Below are positions 18,966-28,220 of a DNA stretch of 63,073 bases, piece by piece. Made by a program: the position numbers and the translations under genes. A model generated the notes under the pieces. The model saw only the letters and a list, made by a program, of their open reading frames with translations. It had not been told where the DNA came from and did not search any database. The stretch's first letter is position 1. Every line of letters begins with the position of its first letter. This DNA is from Candidatus Brocadiia bacterium (GTDB lineage: Bacteria > Planctomycetota > Brocadiia > CAIUPP01). The stretch covers positions 1 to 63,073 of the forward strand of contig JBEKCB010000031.1 of NCBI GenBank assembly GCA_050015075.1, given 5' to 3'.

Positions 18966-19814
18966 GTGACGACTGTCAGCGGCGAGGCGGGACACTGGCC
19001 TGAGATGGCCCGGGTGTGGCCGCAAATCGGTCCGCCGCTGCGGCCCGTGAGCGAGGATATCGCGTTTTGCCGCGAAGCCGTGGCGGATTGGGTGCGCTGC
19101 CATGGCGCGCCGCGCGTGCTGTTGCTCGGCGTCACCCCGGAATTGTACCGCCTTCCCTGGCCGCAGGGGACCGACGTCCTCGCCGTGGACCGCGCGCAGG
19201 CGATGATTGATCGGGTCTGGCCCGGACCTGCGGCGGCCGTCCGGTGCGCGGACTGGCTCTCGATTTCCCTGCCGCGCGCGTCGCGGGATATCGCGCTCTG
19301 CGATGGCGGCCTGCATCTGATTTCTTATCCGCAAGGGCAGCGACGCCTCGTCCGCATCCTGCGCGACCTTCTCTCGGCCGAGGGACTCTGTATCCTGCGC
19401 CTTTACGTTCCGCCTGCGCAGCGGGAGTCGCCGGAGGCGGTTCTGCGCGACCTGCTCGGCGGGAAGGTGTCCAGCCTGAATATCCTGAAACTGCGGCTGG
19501 GCATGTCCCTGATGGAAAATGCGTCGCAGGGCGTCCGTCTCGGCACGGTGTGGCAGACGCTCCACCAGGCGGCGCCGGACCTGGCGGCGCTGGCGGCGCG
19601 CCTCGATTGGACGCCGGAGCACACGCTGGCGATCAACACCTACCGCGAATCGGAGGCCCGATATTCCTTCGCTTCAGTCCGCGAGGTCTGCGATCTGTTC
19701 TGCCGCGCGCCCGGCGGATTCAGGCTCCGGGCCGTGAAGACGCCTTCGTATGAACTCGGCGAACAGTGCCCCACCGTCGTATTGCAGCGCAGCGACCGCG
19801 AACCCGGCACGTGA
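18966..19814 (+). CDS. Class I SAM-dependent methyltransferase-like protein
   Basis: VLLLGVTPE motif I variant, LAVD, CADW, DIALCDGG, LSAEGLCILR. Confidence 0.65.
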   Translation: MTTVSGEAGHWPEMARVWPQIGPPLRPVSEDIAFCREAVADWVRCHGAPRVLLLGVTPELYRLPWPQGTDVLAVDRAQAMIDRVWPGPAAAVRCADWLSISLPRASRDIALCDGGLHLISYPQGQRRLVRILRDLLSAEGLCILRLYVPPAQRESPEAVLRDLLGGKVSSLNILKLRLGMSLMENASQGVRLGTVWQTLHQAAPDLAALAARLDWTPEHTLAINTYRESEARYSFASVREVCDLFCRAPGGFRLRAVKTPSYELGEQCPTVVLQRSDREPGT

Positions 19815-19824
19815 GGGCGCAGCC

Positions 19825-20685
19825 TTGAAAAGCATCGCCATCCTGATGCATGAGTGCTACCGCCGCCGAAGCCACACCTACCTGATAGACTCGCTGGCGG
19901 AGGTGTGGAACAAGCAGGGTCTGCGCGCCTCGTGCCTCTACGGCGTCCGGGAGCCGTGCGATGCGGACCTGCTGATCCCGCACATTGACCTGACCCGCAC
20001 GCCTCGGGAATATGTCGAGTACGTCCGCGCTTTTCCCGGCGCCGCCGGCCGCGGCGTGGCGGACATTTCCAAGCGCCGGGTCAGCGCCCAACTGCTCTCC
20101 CGCGGCGACGGCTACCATGGACCGGTCATGGTGAAGACCGACGCCAACTCCGGCGGGCTGCCGGAAGACTGGCTCTTCCGCTGGCGGCATCCCTCTCTGG
20201 CGCGCGCCGAGGCGCTCCTGGAGCCGCTCCTCCAGCCGCTGTGCGGCGGGCCCTGGGCGCGGCTGCGCGTACTGCGCGAATATCCCGTCTACCCGTCGCC
20301 GGCCGAGGTTCCCAAGGGCGTGTTCAGAAACCGCGCGCTCGTCGTCGAACGCTTTCTCCCCGAGCGCGAAGGCGCCAGGTACTTCATGCGGCACTACCTG
20401 TTCCTCGGCGACCGCGCGCGGAGCACCCGCGTCGCGGGCTCGGTCCCTTTCCTGAAACGGGCCGCCTGCGCGACGGTGGACGAAGGCCTTCCCGTCCCGG
20501 ATGAAGTGATCGCCCTGCGCCGCCGTCTCGCTCTCGACTACGGCAAGATAGATTACGTCATGCACGGCGGAAAGGCGGTCATCCTCGACGCGAATCGCAC
20601 TCCCGCCGGGCCCGGCACGCCGGAGGCGACGGCGCGCACCGTCGGAGACCTGGCCGACGGCATCTGGTCGCTCCTGGCGAAATGA
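19825..20685 (+). CDS. Putative ATP-grasp fold protein
   Basis: PVMVKTDANSGG, LVVERFL, DYGKIDYV...VILDANRTP resemble the RimK-like Lys, Asp and (E/D)xN motifs; TTG start after GAGGG. Confidence 0.55.
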   Translation: MKSIAILMHECYRRRSHTYLIDSLAEVWNKQGLRASCLYGVREPCDADLLIPHIDLTRTPREYVEYVRAFPGAAGRGVADISKRRVSAQLLSRGDGYHGPVMVKTDANSGGLPEDWLFRWRHPSLARAEALLEPLLQPLCGGPWARLRVLREYPVYPSPAEVPKGVFRNRALVVERFLPEREGARYFMRHYLFLGDRARSTRVAGSVPFLKRAACATVDEGLPVPDEVIALRRRLALDYGKIDYVMHGGKAVILDANRTPAGPGTPEATARTVGDLADGIWSLLAK

Positions 20686-20712
20686 TCCTTCAGGCGAGGC
20701 AGGACCACGCTC

Positions 20713-21792
20713 ATGACTCATTACCTCAGCGCCATGGCCGGACGCATCCGCGCCGCCGCGAGAGCGCTGGCCGGCAGCCGCGCCGATCCGCCCCGCAGCC
20801 CGCAAGGAATTCAAACCCTGATCAACGGTTATCAGCACACCGCGCTGATCTGCCTTGCGGCCAGGCTCCGGCTTGCCGATCACCTGGGGAACGGGCCGAG
20901 AACCAGCGCGCAACTCGCCCAGGCGCTGGGCGCGCATGCCCCTTCACTCCACCGCGTGCTGAGAGGCCTGGTAACCCTGGGCGTGTGCTCCGAAGCGCCG
21001 GACGGGCGCTTCGCGCTGACCGCCCTGGGCGCGGAACTCCGCTCCGACTCGCCCGCCGCCGCTCGCGGCCTGGCGCTGCTGACGGGCGAGGAATACGCGC
21101 CGGCATGGGGAAACCTGCTCTACACCGTAATGACCGGCGAGCCGGCATTCCGCCACTGCTTCGGCATGAACACCCTGGAGCACCGCGCGAAACATCCCGA
21201 GCTGAATGACCACTTCAACAAAGGCCTGGCGCTGGGCGCGGCGCGCGTCGCCCCGGCGATTCTCGCCGCGTACGATTTCTCGGCATTCCGCTCCGTGACG
21301 GATGTGGGAGGCGGCCAGGGCGCGCTGCTCGCAGCGCTGCTTCAGGCGCATCCTCATCTCAATGCGACCCTGTTCGAGCGCCCGCCCGTCGCCGCCGCCG
21401 CCCGCGCCCAGTTCCAGGCGGCCGGCGTCTCCGAGCGATGCCGGGTCGTCGAAGGCGACTTTTTCGATCACCTGCCCGGCGGCGCCGACGCCCTCATCCT
21501 CAAGAGCGTCCTTCACGACTGGGACGACGAGCGGGCCGCAGCGCTGCTGCGGAATTGCCGCCAGGCGCTCTCCGCTCAAGGCAGGCTTCTCATCATCGAA
21601 CGCCTGCTGCCCGAGCGCGCAGCCGATGACCCGGCGGCCATCGTCGTGGACCTGCAAATGCTCGCGCTCACCGGCGGCCGGGAACGCAGCGAGGCCGACC
21701 ACCGCGCCTTGCTGAACGCGTCGGGTTTCGCCCTGGCAAGAGTCCTCCGCACCGCCGCGGGCTTCAGCATCCTCGAAGCCGCGCGAACGTAG
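20713..21792 (+). CDS. O-methyltransferase family 2 with dimerisation domain
   Basis: DVGGGQG, GDFF, LKSVLHDWDDE, GGRERS. Confidence 0.9.
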   Translation: MTHYLSAMAGRIRAAARALAGSRADPPRSPQGIQTLINGYQHTALICLAARLRLADHLGNGPRTSAQLAQALGAHAPSLHRVLRGLVTLGVCSEAPDGRFALTALGAELRSDSPAAARGLALLTGEEYAPAWGNLLYTVMTGEPAFRHCFGMNTLEHRAKHPELNDHFNKGLALGAARVAPAILAAYDFSAFRSVTDVGGGQGALLAALLQAHPHLNATLFERPPVAAAARAQFQAAGVSERCRVVEGDFFDHLPGGADALILKSVLHDWDDERAAALLRNCRQALSAQGRLLIIERLLPERAADDPAAIVVDLQMLALTGGRERSEADHRALLNASGFALARVLRTAAGFSILEAART

Positions 21793-22015
21793 CCGGCCGG
21801 CCGCAACGAGCTGGGCCAACTCCGAACGCAGCCGGAGCGTATTCTGGGACATGATATGTTAATCCCCTTGACCACACATCATTGGCGGCGTACCATGGAA
21901 TGTTCGAAAAGGAGGAAAATAACTGGTATTGTGTCCCACGTTTCCCCAACGCGCAGCCTAACCTAAGAAAACAGAGGCACTTTTTCAACAGCCCCATGTG
22001 CCCGTTTATCCTGAA

Positions 22016-22861
22016 CTAGGAGGATGCAGCGCCTTTCAGCTTTCCATTCTTTTCGTTGGTGGAGCGTGTTATCCTACTCGCGGCACGCGCCTGGATCGCT
22101 TCATCAAGGCGCATGTAAAGTTCATTCATTGTATTAATCCCCTCGAAGCGATACGGTTCAGGTTCGTCGGCGAGAATTACCTCCGCGTTGCCCTTGATGC
22201 AGGTTATCTTCGCTCCCTTCAGCTTCTCCAAAACTCGAGCCTGCATGGATTGCTGCTGCGTTTGCGAACCGTTGGCCGCTTCCCCAGCACCGCCGTAAGT
22301 ATATCTTGTGTACCAATCGTACGTATCCAAAGCTGGGTTGGGATACTCCTTAATTATAGCTTCGGCTATGGCGTCGCGTGCTGAAAAGAGGTTTTCCAGA
22401 GAGTTTCGGGTTACCTCAGCGAAAACTCCATTGACTACCATCAGAAAACGGTCATCGTGAAGATTAAAGAATGCCCACTTCGTTTTATCGCTCGCCTCAC
22501 GGTCAATGTGCTCTATGGCATTCCTCGGCTTTACGAACGACCCCAAAAAGGCTCTCTTCTTGCTCCACTCTATCTTAATAACGTCAGATACTGGCCGCTT
22601 AAAGCAGCTCCTGTTTTTCGAAAGGGACTCGAGAAGCCTTCCAGCGCGGCGTACCGCGCAAACAAAACAGGATGCGTGATAAATCATCGCCTTGTTATTT
22701 TCTGGATTATTTGTCGCGAGAAGCTCTTCATATAGCCGAAAGGAGGTCGCTGCGCCTTCTACGTCAGCATCAAAAAGACTGAATCGCTTTGCTGCTTCTG
22801 AAGCGTTGTTGGCCGCTAAAGAAAGTTGTGCCCTCATCTGTAGGGATATCTCAAACATCAT
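22016..22861 (-). CDS. Hypothetical protein on an AT-rich islet, carries an RxxxxH motif
   Basis: 281 aa ORF in sequence visibly more AT-rich than the flanks; PRNAIEH; upstream TTGACG-16-TACAAT at 23039-23012. Confidence 0.6.
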   Translation of the reverse strand: MMFEISLQMRAQLSLAANNASEAAKRFSLFDADVEGAATSFRLYEELLATNNPENNKAMIYHASCFVCAVRRAGRLLESLSKNRSCFKRPVSDVIKIEWSKKRAFLGSFVKPRNAIEHIDREASDKTKWAFFNLHDDRFLMVVNGVFAEVTRNSLENLFSARDAIAEAIIKEYPNPALDTYDWYTRYTYGGAGEAANGSQTQQQSMQARVLEKLKGAKITCIKGNAEVILADEPEPYRFEGINTMNELYMRLDEAIQARAASRITRSTNEKNGKLKGAASS

Positions 22862-23068
22862 CTTTCACTCGCCTTATTCCTGAGCGCTCGGGTGAGCGCT
22901 GGGAAAATAGGATCACAATCCCATTTATTTCCCTCGTTTCTGAGCGATTGCGGTGGCATGAATTGCTGCTTTTCCATTTGCTTATCTTCGGCGAACCGCT
23001 GGCTCACGCCCATTGTACGCTCAAACTGCTTGGCGTCAAGGGTTTCTCGTCTTACTGGAGGAAGATAG

Positions 23069-23278
23069 GAAAACCGGGGACTGGGTGACCGTTGAAAAAG
23101 GTGTCGGACGCGCCAACTCCGATGCGCATCTCAGCTCAGTCATTCCCGCGCAAGCCCTTCGGCCGTGAGCTCAGGGTCGAACGGCGGGAATCCAGGGTCT
23201 CAGCGCGCGAGACTGGATTCCCGCCTTCGCGGGAATGACAAGGAGCGTTTTTCAACAGCCCACCTGTCCCCAGTTTTC
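23069..23278. mobile_element. Nested non-autonomous repeat element (MITE-like) containing a REP pair
   Basis: Outer IR gaaaaccggggactgggtg / cacctgtccccagttttc; inner IR gttgaaaaa / tttttcaac; core gtcattcccgcg...gcgggaatccag and ctggattcccgccttcgcgggaatgac. Confidence 0.65.
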
Positions 23279-23330
23279 AGTTTCCCCGAACGTCCGAGAC
23301 GCAGATAGAATCACCGTGAGGCGCGCGCGA

Positions 23331-24833
23331 CTACTGTTTCGCGGGTTTGGGTGAAAGGAATTGCAGGGCGGCCTTGAAGGCCTCCGGGTTTTCCTGGAAT
23401 AAGCCGCTGTTTCCCGCCACGACAAATCGCCCGGCGCCGAGCCCGCCTCGCAGGACTATGCTCAGCCCGTTGGAATCGCGGAGCGCGGTCGTTACGCCAA
23501 CTCTTAAAGGCTTGACCTGAGAGGGCCACCAGCTCTCGCGCTTGAACGCTTTGATTCCGCCGAAGAGTTCGGGATCCGCCGACAAGGGATCGGCCGCGCC
23601 GATGTTCCTTCCGGTGATGTTGAAGCCCAGCGCCCGGCCGATGGCATTGAGCGGATAGCTCTCAACGGTCTTTGTCTTGGCGGCAAAGGACCATGCCTGC
23701 CCCGCACAGAGGCAACCGCCTCCTGTGGATACGAAGTCCCGCACCAGCTCGACCTCCTCTCTGGTGAATTGGGAAGGCTCTCCGTCGGTTATGATGAGAA
23801 CGCCGATGCCGGACAGGAACTGCTTATCAATCGGACCGTCATTGGGTTTCCAGGTGAAATTCACGGCTTCAACCGTCTGCCGCAGGTTTTTCCAGCCTAG
23901 CCCGTACTGCAGCGCGACGCCGACGGTGCGGCTGCGCTGGGCGTCGAACGGTACGGCGCTCAAGCGAACGGCAGGCTCGGCGTCCGGCGCAGCGGGAGGC
24001 TGCGCGACGGCCGGCTCGGCCGCGGCGGGTTGAGCGGCGACGGTTATGCCGATCTGTTTCCACATCGCAAAGCACATGTCGCTGAGTTCGCCTTCCAGCC
24101 GGGCGCAGTCCGTGGCGGCCTGATCGGCCTGGGCCTCAAGCTTCCTCAATTGAGCCCACGCGTCCGCAGACTCTTTGGACATCACGCCTTGATTGTCGGT
24201 GATGACGGTCGAGCTTGAGCCGGTCGCGGTCCGTTGCGCTCCCTGGACGATCGTCTTGGAGTTGTCCGGCGGACGGGTGATCTGGGTAGTCCGGTTGGCG
24301 GTGACCGATGAGTCGCCGGCCGAGTTGATGGTGGTTTGCGCGCCACCCATGAGGCTGTCGCATCTCGCCTTGGCCGCAGCCTTGCTCTTGTTGAGGTCTG
24401 CGAGAGCCTTATTCGCCTTGGCCAGGTCCAGGGCGGCCTGCGAAAAGCCGGGATATCCGAGAACGGAATTGAACCAGGAATCGGCCGCGTCGAGGCTGCG
24501 GCCGGAGACGGCCCCGTCGAAGGCCAGCGTTCCGTTTCCGCATTTGAGGGCGGAGTTGACGAGTTGTTTCCAGAACTGGGAGTTGCTGTTCTCGCACTGC
24601 AGCTTGGCGATGGACTCCACTTTCACGCGTTGAGTTTCATCGCCGGAAATGCAGAGCAGAGAATCGCCGGCCATGGCCTGGATCCTGGCCATGATCATGC
24701 GGCCCGACTTCAGCCGAATCTGGTCGGAAGCCTCCGGCGCGGCGTTGTCAGCGAACGCGAAAGCGACGACAGACAGGGCAAGAATTGCGGCGGCTTCAAA
24801 TCGCGCGGTCACCGGAAACCCCTTTCCGATCAA
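23331..24833 (-). CDS. Exported multidomain protein with coiled coil and C-terminal flavodoxin/GATase-like alpha/beta domain; start uncertain
   Basis: Signal peptide AFAFA, DQIRLKSG small beta domain, Pro/Ala linker, FTREEVELVRDFVSTGGG and GAGRFVVAGNS motifs. Confidence 0.6.
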   Translation of the reverse strand: MIGKGFPVTARFEAAAILALSVVAFAFADNAAPEASDQIRLKSGRMIMARIQAMAGDSLLCISGDETQRVKVESIAKLQCENSNSQFWKQLVNSALKCGNGTLAFDGAVSGRSLDAADSWFNSVLGYPGFSQAALDLAKANKALADLNKSKAAAKARCDSLMGGAQTTINSAGDSSVTANRTTQITRPPDNSKTIVQGAQRTATGSSSTVITDNQGVMSKESADAWAQLRKLEAQADQAATDCARLEGELSDMCFAMWKQIGITVAAQPAAAEPAVAQPPAAPDAEPAVRLSAVPFDAQRSRTVGVALQYGLGWKNLRQTVEAVNFTWKPNDGPIDKQFLSGIGVLIITDGEPSQFTREEVELVRDFVSTGGGCLCAGQAWSFAAKTKTVESYPLNAIGRALGFNITGRNIGAADPLSADPELFGGIKAFKRESWWPSQVKPLRVGVTTALRDSNGLSIVLRGGLGAGRFVVAGNSGLFQENPEAFKAALQFLSPKPAKQ

Positions 24834-24964
24834 ACGCGGCGCTGCACGCGCCGTAGTCGCGGACGGAACGGTCGGTTAACCGTCCGGCCGAGGAGCGCCG
24901 GCTCCCTGGATCGGCATTTCCCACTTGACTGTTCTCCAGAGGACGGCCGGCGTTTGAACATGAG

Positions 24965-24992
24965 ATTGTACATCCGAATTGCCCGCTGTCAA
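24965..24992 (-). promoter_or_regulatory. Sigma70-type promoter for the exported protein
   Basis: TTGACA-16 nt-TACAAT on the minus strand. Confidence 0.5.
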
Positions 24993-25210
24993 GGAGTTTC
25001 TCGGCCGGTGTCGCACTTGATTGGATTCGTTTTTTCAGATGGGTTTGTCCAGCCGAGCGTCCCTTCAGCCTCCTGCCGGTGACGGCGTCATGCGATGGGG
25101 CATTTTACCGGCACGCGCGGCCAGTTCGACATCATTCCGGCCCGTCGCGGCCTCGTCATGGCGCCATTGCGGCGGCATGAAAGAGGCATGCATATCATGA
25201 ATAGTCTGAT

Positions 25211-25226
25211 TGTTTCACGTGAAACA
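25211..25226. other. parS: parS centromere-like site
   Basis: Exact consensus TGTTTCACGTGAAACA, intergenic; palindrome extends to 20 bp (25209-25228). Confidence 0.9.
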
Positions 25227-25270
25227 ATTTATAAAACATCTTATGTTCCTGCGGGATTCCGCTCTGCTGC

Positions 25271-26002
25271 TTATCGCGTGAAGATCAAGAGGATAAGGAC
25301 CGCGAGGAGCAGCGCCGCCACGGCGATCCACAAGGGCGAGGCCGGGTCGAGGACCTGGTCCAGAAAATTCTTCCGCGGCGGGGTTTCAGGCGCGGGGATT
25401 TGCAGGTCGGGCTCGCGCGCGCCGGGCCAGTCGGGCAACGGCTGGCCCCTGCCTTTGGCCTGCGCCAGCGACAGCACTTCGTCAAGCGCCGCGATCTGCT
25501 GCCGGTCCTTCAATACGAACTGCGCCGACTCCTTGGTTCCTCCGAACACAAAACTGTACGACATGCCGGTCCACTGGGCGCGGTTGAATTGCTCGACTTT
25601 GTGGAATTCCGTCGCGTCCGCCAGGCGGTGGACGGCGAGCGGCCGATGGCTGCCGCGGCATTCCACCAGGTTGCCGGGCGTGACGAGCAGGAACGGCTTC
25701 AGTTCCCCGCGCCGCGAGCGGAAGAACTCCGCCAGCGCGACGAGCCCGTAAGTCACTCCCAGCAACCCCAACGCGGCCGGGATCAAGCAGTACCACCACC
25801 GGCTCAACGTCGGATCGTGGCGCATCGAGACGGCCATGGCCAGGCAAACTCCGGCCACGGCCAGCACGATCAGCCCCATCCACAACGGCCATCGCCTCAA
25901 CCGGGAAAGGAAGAAGCTCCCGCGCCCGAAGCCGCCCTGGCGCTGCGCCGCCGCCAGGCGCTCGCACGCCTCGGCCGGAAGGTGCTGATGACAGACCTGC
26001 AT
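25271..26002 (-). CDS. Hypothetical membrane protein
   Basis: Two N-terminal and one C-terminal hydrophobic helix; AGGAGG RBS. Confidence 0.65.
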   Translation of the reverse strand: MQVCHQHLPAEACERLAAAQRQGGFGRGSFFLSRLRRWPLWMGLIVLAVAGVCLAMAVSMRHDPTLSRWWYCLIPAALGLLGVTYGLVALAEFFRSRRGELKPFLLVTPGNLVECRGSHRPLAVHRLADATEFHKVEQFNRAQWTGMSYSFVFGGTKESAQFVLKDRQQIAALDEVLSLAQAKGRGQPLPDWPGAREPDLQIPAPETPPRKNFLDQVLDPASPLWIAVAALLLAVLILLIFTR

Positions 26003-26011
26003 ACCGCCTCC

Positions 26012-26650
26012 TTAGCCGCCGCCGAACGGCCGCGCGCCGGCGGCCTGGGGCTTGGACGCGCCCACGTAGCTCACGTACGTGTCGTCGTCCACCTGCGCGG
26101 GGTTCGCCTTGACCAGCTCCGCCAGCCATTCGCGCCGCGCCGCTTTATATGACGAAAACGACTGCACGTCCAGCACGCCCGAACCGGTGTAATAGGCCGC
26201 CGGTCCCCAGACCGCCTGCTCGGGCTTCAGCGGATGGCGCTTTCGCTTGATCGTCCGCACCAGGTACCACAAGGCGCCGGAGATGACCGCGGCTGCGAGG
26301 ACCGAACCGGCCATACAGAGCGCCGTCATCAGGTCCGAAGCCTTGTGCGTCGCCGGGTCCCGGTACGGGTCCGACAGTTGAACGGAGAGCACCAGGAAAC
26401 CGATGAACACGAAGAATCCCAGGATCGCGAACGCGATCGCCCAGCCGAGCAGCCCCAGCGCGCTGTCGGCCTGCTTGTGGCAGGGAGCGCAATAGTTGAA
26501 GCTCTGGTAGTACGTCGTCCGCGTCAGCCAGCCCTTCAAGCCCTTGTAACCGTACCGGAAGGACACCGTCGCCGGCGCCATGCAGTTCGGGCAGACGGGC
26601 GGAATGACCTGGGACTTGCCCTTCAACTTGATGGACGTCCATAGAGCCAT
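26012..26650 (-). CDS. Hypothetical membrane protein with N-terminal CxxC pair
   Basis: CPNC and CAPC(H) then two TM helices; GAGGAG RBS. Confidence 0.65.
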   Translation of the reverse strand: MALWTSIKLKGKSQVIPPVCPNCMAPATVSFRYGYKGLKGWLTRTTYYQSFNYCAPCHKQADSALGLLGWAIAFAILGFFVFIGFLVLSVQLSDPYRDPATHKASDLMTALCMAGSVLAAAVISGALWYLVRTIKRKRHPLKPEQAVWGPAAYYTGSGVLDVQSFSSYKAARREWLAELVKANPAQVDDDTYVSYVGASKPQAAGARPFGGG

Positions 26651-26705
26651 CAGACTGTCTCCTCAATAAAATCGGTGTGGGAAGGACCGCCGATCCTATC
26701 CCTCG

Positions 26706-28124
26706 TCATGGTTCCGCGGTCTCCGGAGTTGCCGCCGCCGAGTCCGGCGCTTCGGCGCGCAAGGGAACGACCGCGTGCATCCACGTTCCCGTGCTGAAGA
26801 CCTTCCACGTCACGAAGGCGGCGATGACGTTCGCGGCCGCCAGCCCGCCGTAGATGCCCATGCTGCCCCAGCCGACCAGGAAGCCGAGGACCAGCGCCAT
26901 GGGCACGCGCAGGCCCCACTGCCGCAGGAGCGAGATGATCATGACCGGCTTCGTATGCCCGGAGCCGTAAAACGCGGACATGAGCACCATGAGCACGTTG
27001 AAGAAGTAGTTCGACGCGGGCACGATGAGGAAGAAACGTCCCGCCTCGGCGATCACGCCCGCATCCCGCGTGAACGCGCGCGCGACGATGTGGCCCTCCA
27101 TCATGATCAGCAGATAGGGCACGAGCATGCCGAAGGAGAACAGCATGACGCTCGTCCGCACGGCGCGCCGCGCCAGGGCCGGCTTTCCCGCGCCGAGCGC
27201 CTGGCCGACCACCGGCGCGGTGGACATCGCGAGGGCCGCGGCCGGGATGCCGCAGACCTCGGTGATGCGCGAGCCGACCGTGAAGGCGCCCATGACCGTG
27301 GCGCCCAGGGAGTTGATCATGGCCTGCAACGCCAGGAACCCCAGCGAGTTGCTGCACATGCTGACGCCCGCCGGCGTGCCGATGCGGAAAATCTGCCGGA
27401 TGATGGCTTTGTTCGGGCGGAAGTCCGCCAGCGTGAGACGCAGGCCCGAGCGGCCGCGGCTCAGCAGGATCACGGAACAGACCGCCGTCATCACCTCCGA
27501 AAATGCGCTGACGGTCGCCGCTCCGCGAATGCCCATCGCCGGCACGGGACCCCAACCGAAGATGAGCAGCGGCGACAGGCCGAAGTTCAGAACGTTCGTG
27601 CAGAGGCCCACGATCACCATGGTGAGCGTGTCGCCGAGCGCACGCAATGCCGAGCCATACGCGATGTTGACCGCAATGAAGGGCATGCCGAGCAGGAGGA
27701 TGCGCAGGAAGGCGAGCGCCTGCGGCTTGACCTCGGGCGGGGTCTGCAGAAGGCTGAGCACTTGCGGCGCGAAGATGAACATCAGCACGGCCATGGCCGT
27801 GGTCACGAGGGTGAGCAGGAGCATCGTCTGCCCGGCGGCCTTGTCCGCGTCGCGAGGGCGTTTCGCGCCGGTGTGCTGCGCGACCAGCGCCGTGCCGCCG
27901 CTGCCGAACCCGGTTCCAAAGGCGACGACGATGAAGGTCAAGGCGGCGGTCGGGCCGACCGCCGCGAGCGCTTCCCGCGCGCCCACCCGCAGCTTGCCCA
28001 GCCAGAAGGCGTCCACGAGGCTGTACAGGCTGTTCAGGGTCATGCCGGCCAGGATGGGCAAGGCCATCGAGATCAGCGTGCGCGGCAGCGAGCCCTGCGT
28101 CAGGTCGCGCCTCTGTTCGTTCAT
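26706..28124 (-). CDS. MATE family efflux transporter
   Basis: DLTQGS..RTLISMALP, LYSLVDAFWLG, ALRALGDT, IRGAATVS, FYGSGHTK; highly hydrophobic. Confidence 0.9.
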   Translation of the reverse strand: MNEQRRDLTQGSLPRTLISMALPILAGMTLNSLYSLVDAFWLGKLRVGAREALAAVGPTAALTFIVVAFGTGFGSGGTALVAQHTGAKRPRDADKAAGQTMLLLTLVTTAMAVLMFIFAPQVLSLLQTPPEVKPQALAFLRILLLGMPFIAVNIAYGSALRALGDTLTMVIVGLCTNVLNFGLSPLLIFGWGPVPAMGIRGAATVSAFSEVMTAVCSVILLSRGRSGLRLTLADFRPNKAIIRQIFRIGTPAGVSMCSNSLGFLALQAMINSLGATVMGAFTVGSRITEVCGIPAAALAMSTAPVVGQALGAGKPALARRAVRTSVMLFSFGMLVPYLLIMMEGHIVARAFTRDAGVIAEAGRFFLIVPASNYFFNVLMVLMSAFYGSGHTKPVMIISLLRQWGLRVPMALVLGFLVGWGSMGIYGGLAAANVIAAFVTWKVFSTGTWMHAVVPLRAEAPDSAAATPETAEP

Positions 28125-28220
28125 GGGGATTGATGCTGACATCCTTCCAGTTTACACGGCGCCTGTCCCTTGACGCAATTCTTGTCCTGCGGCGCGGCGC
28201 TCCTGCCCCTTTGCGCGGAA

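Noticed and set aside
26483-26500. CAPCH as a heme c attachment site
   Set aside because: No signal peptide precedes it and it pairs with an upstream CPNC, which fits a zinc ribbon better
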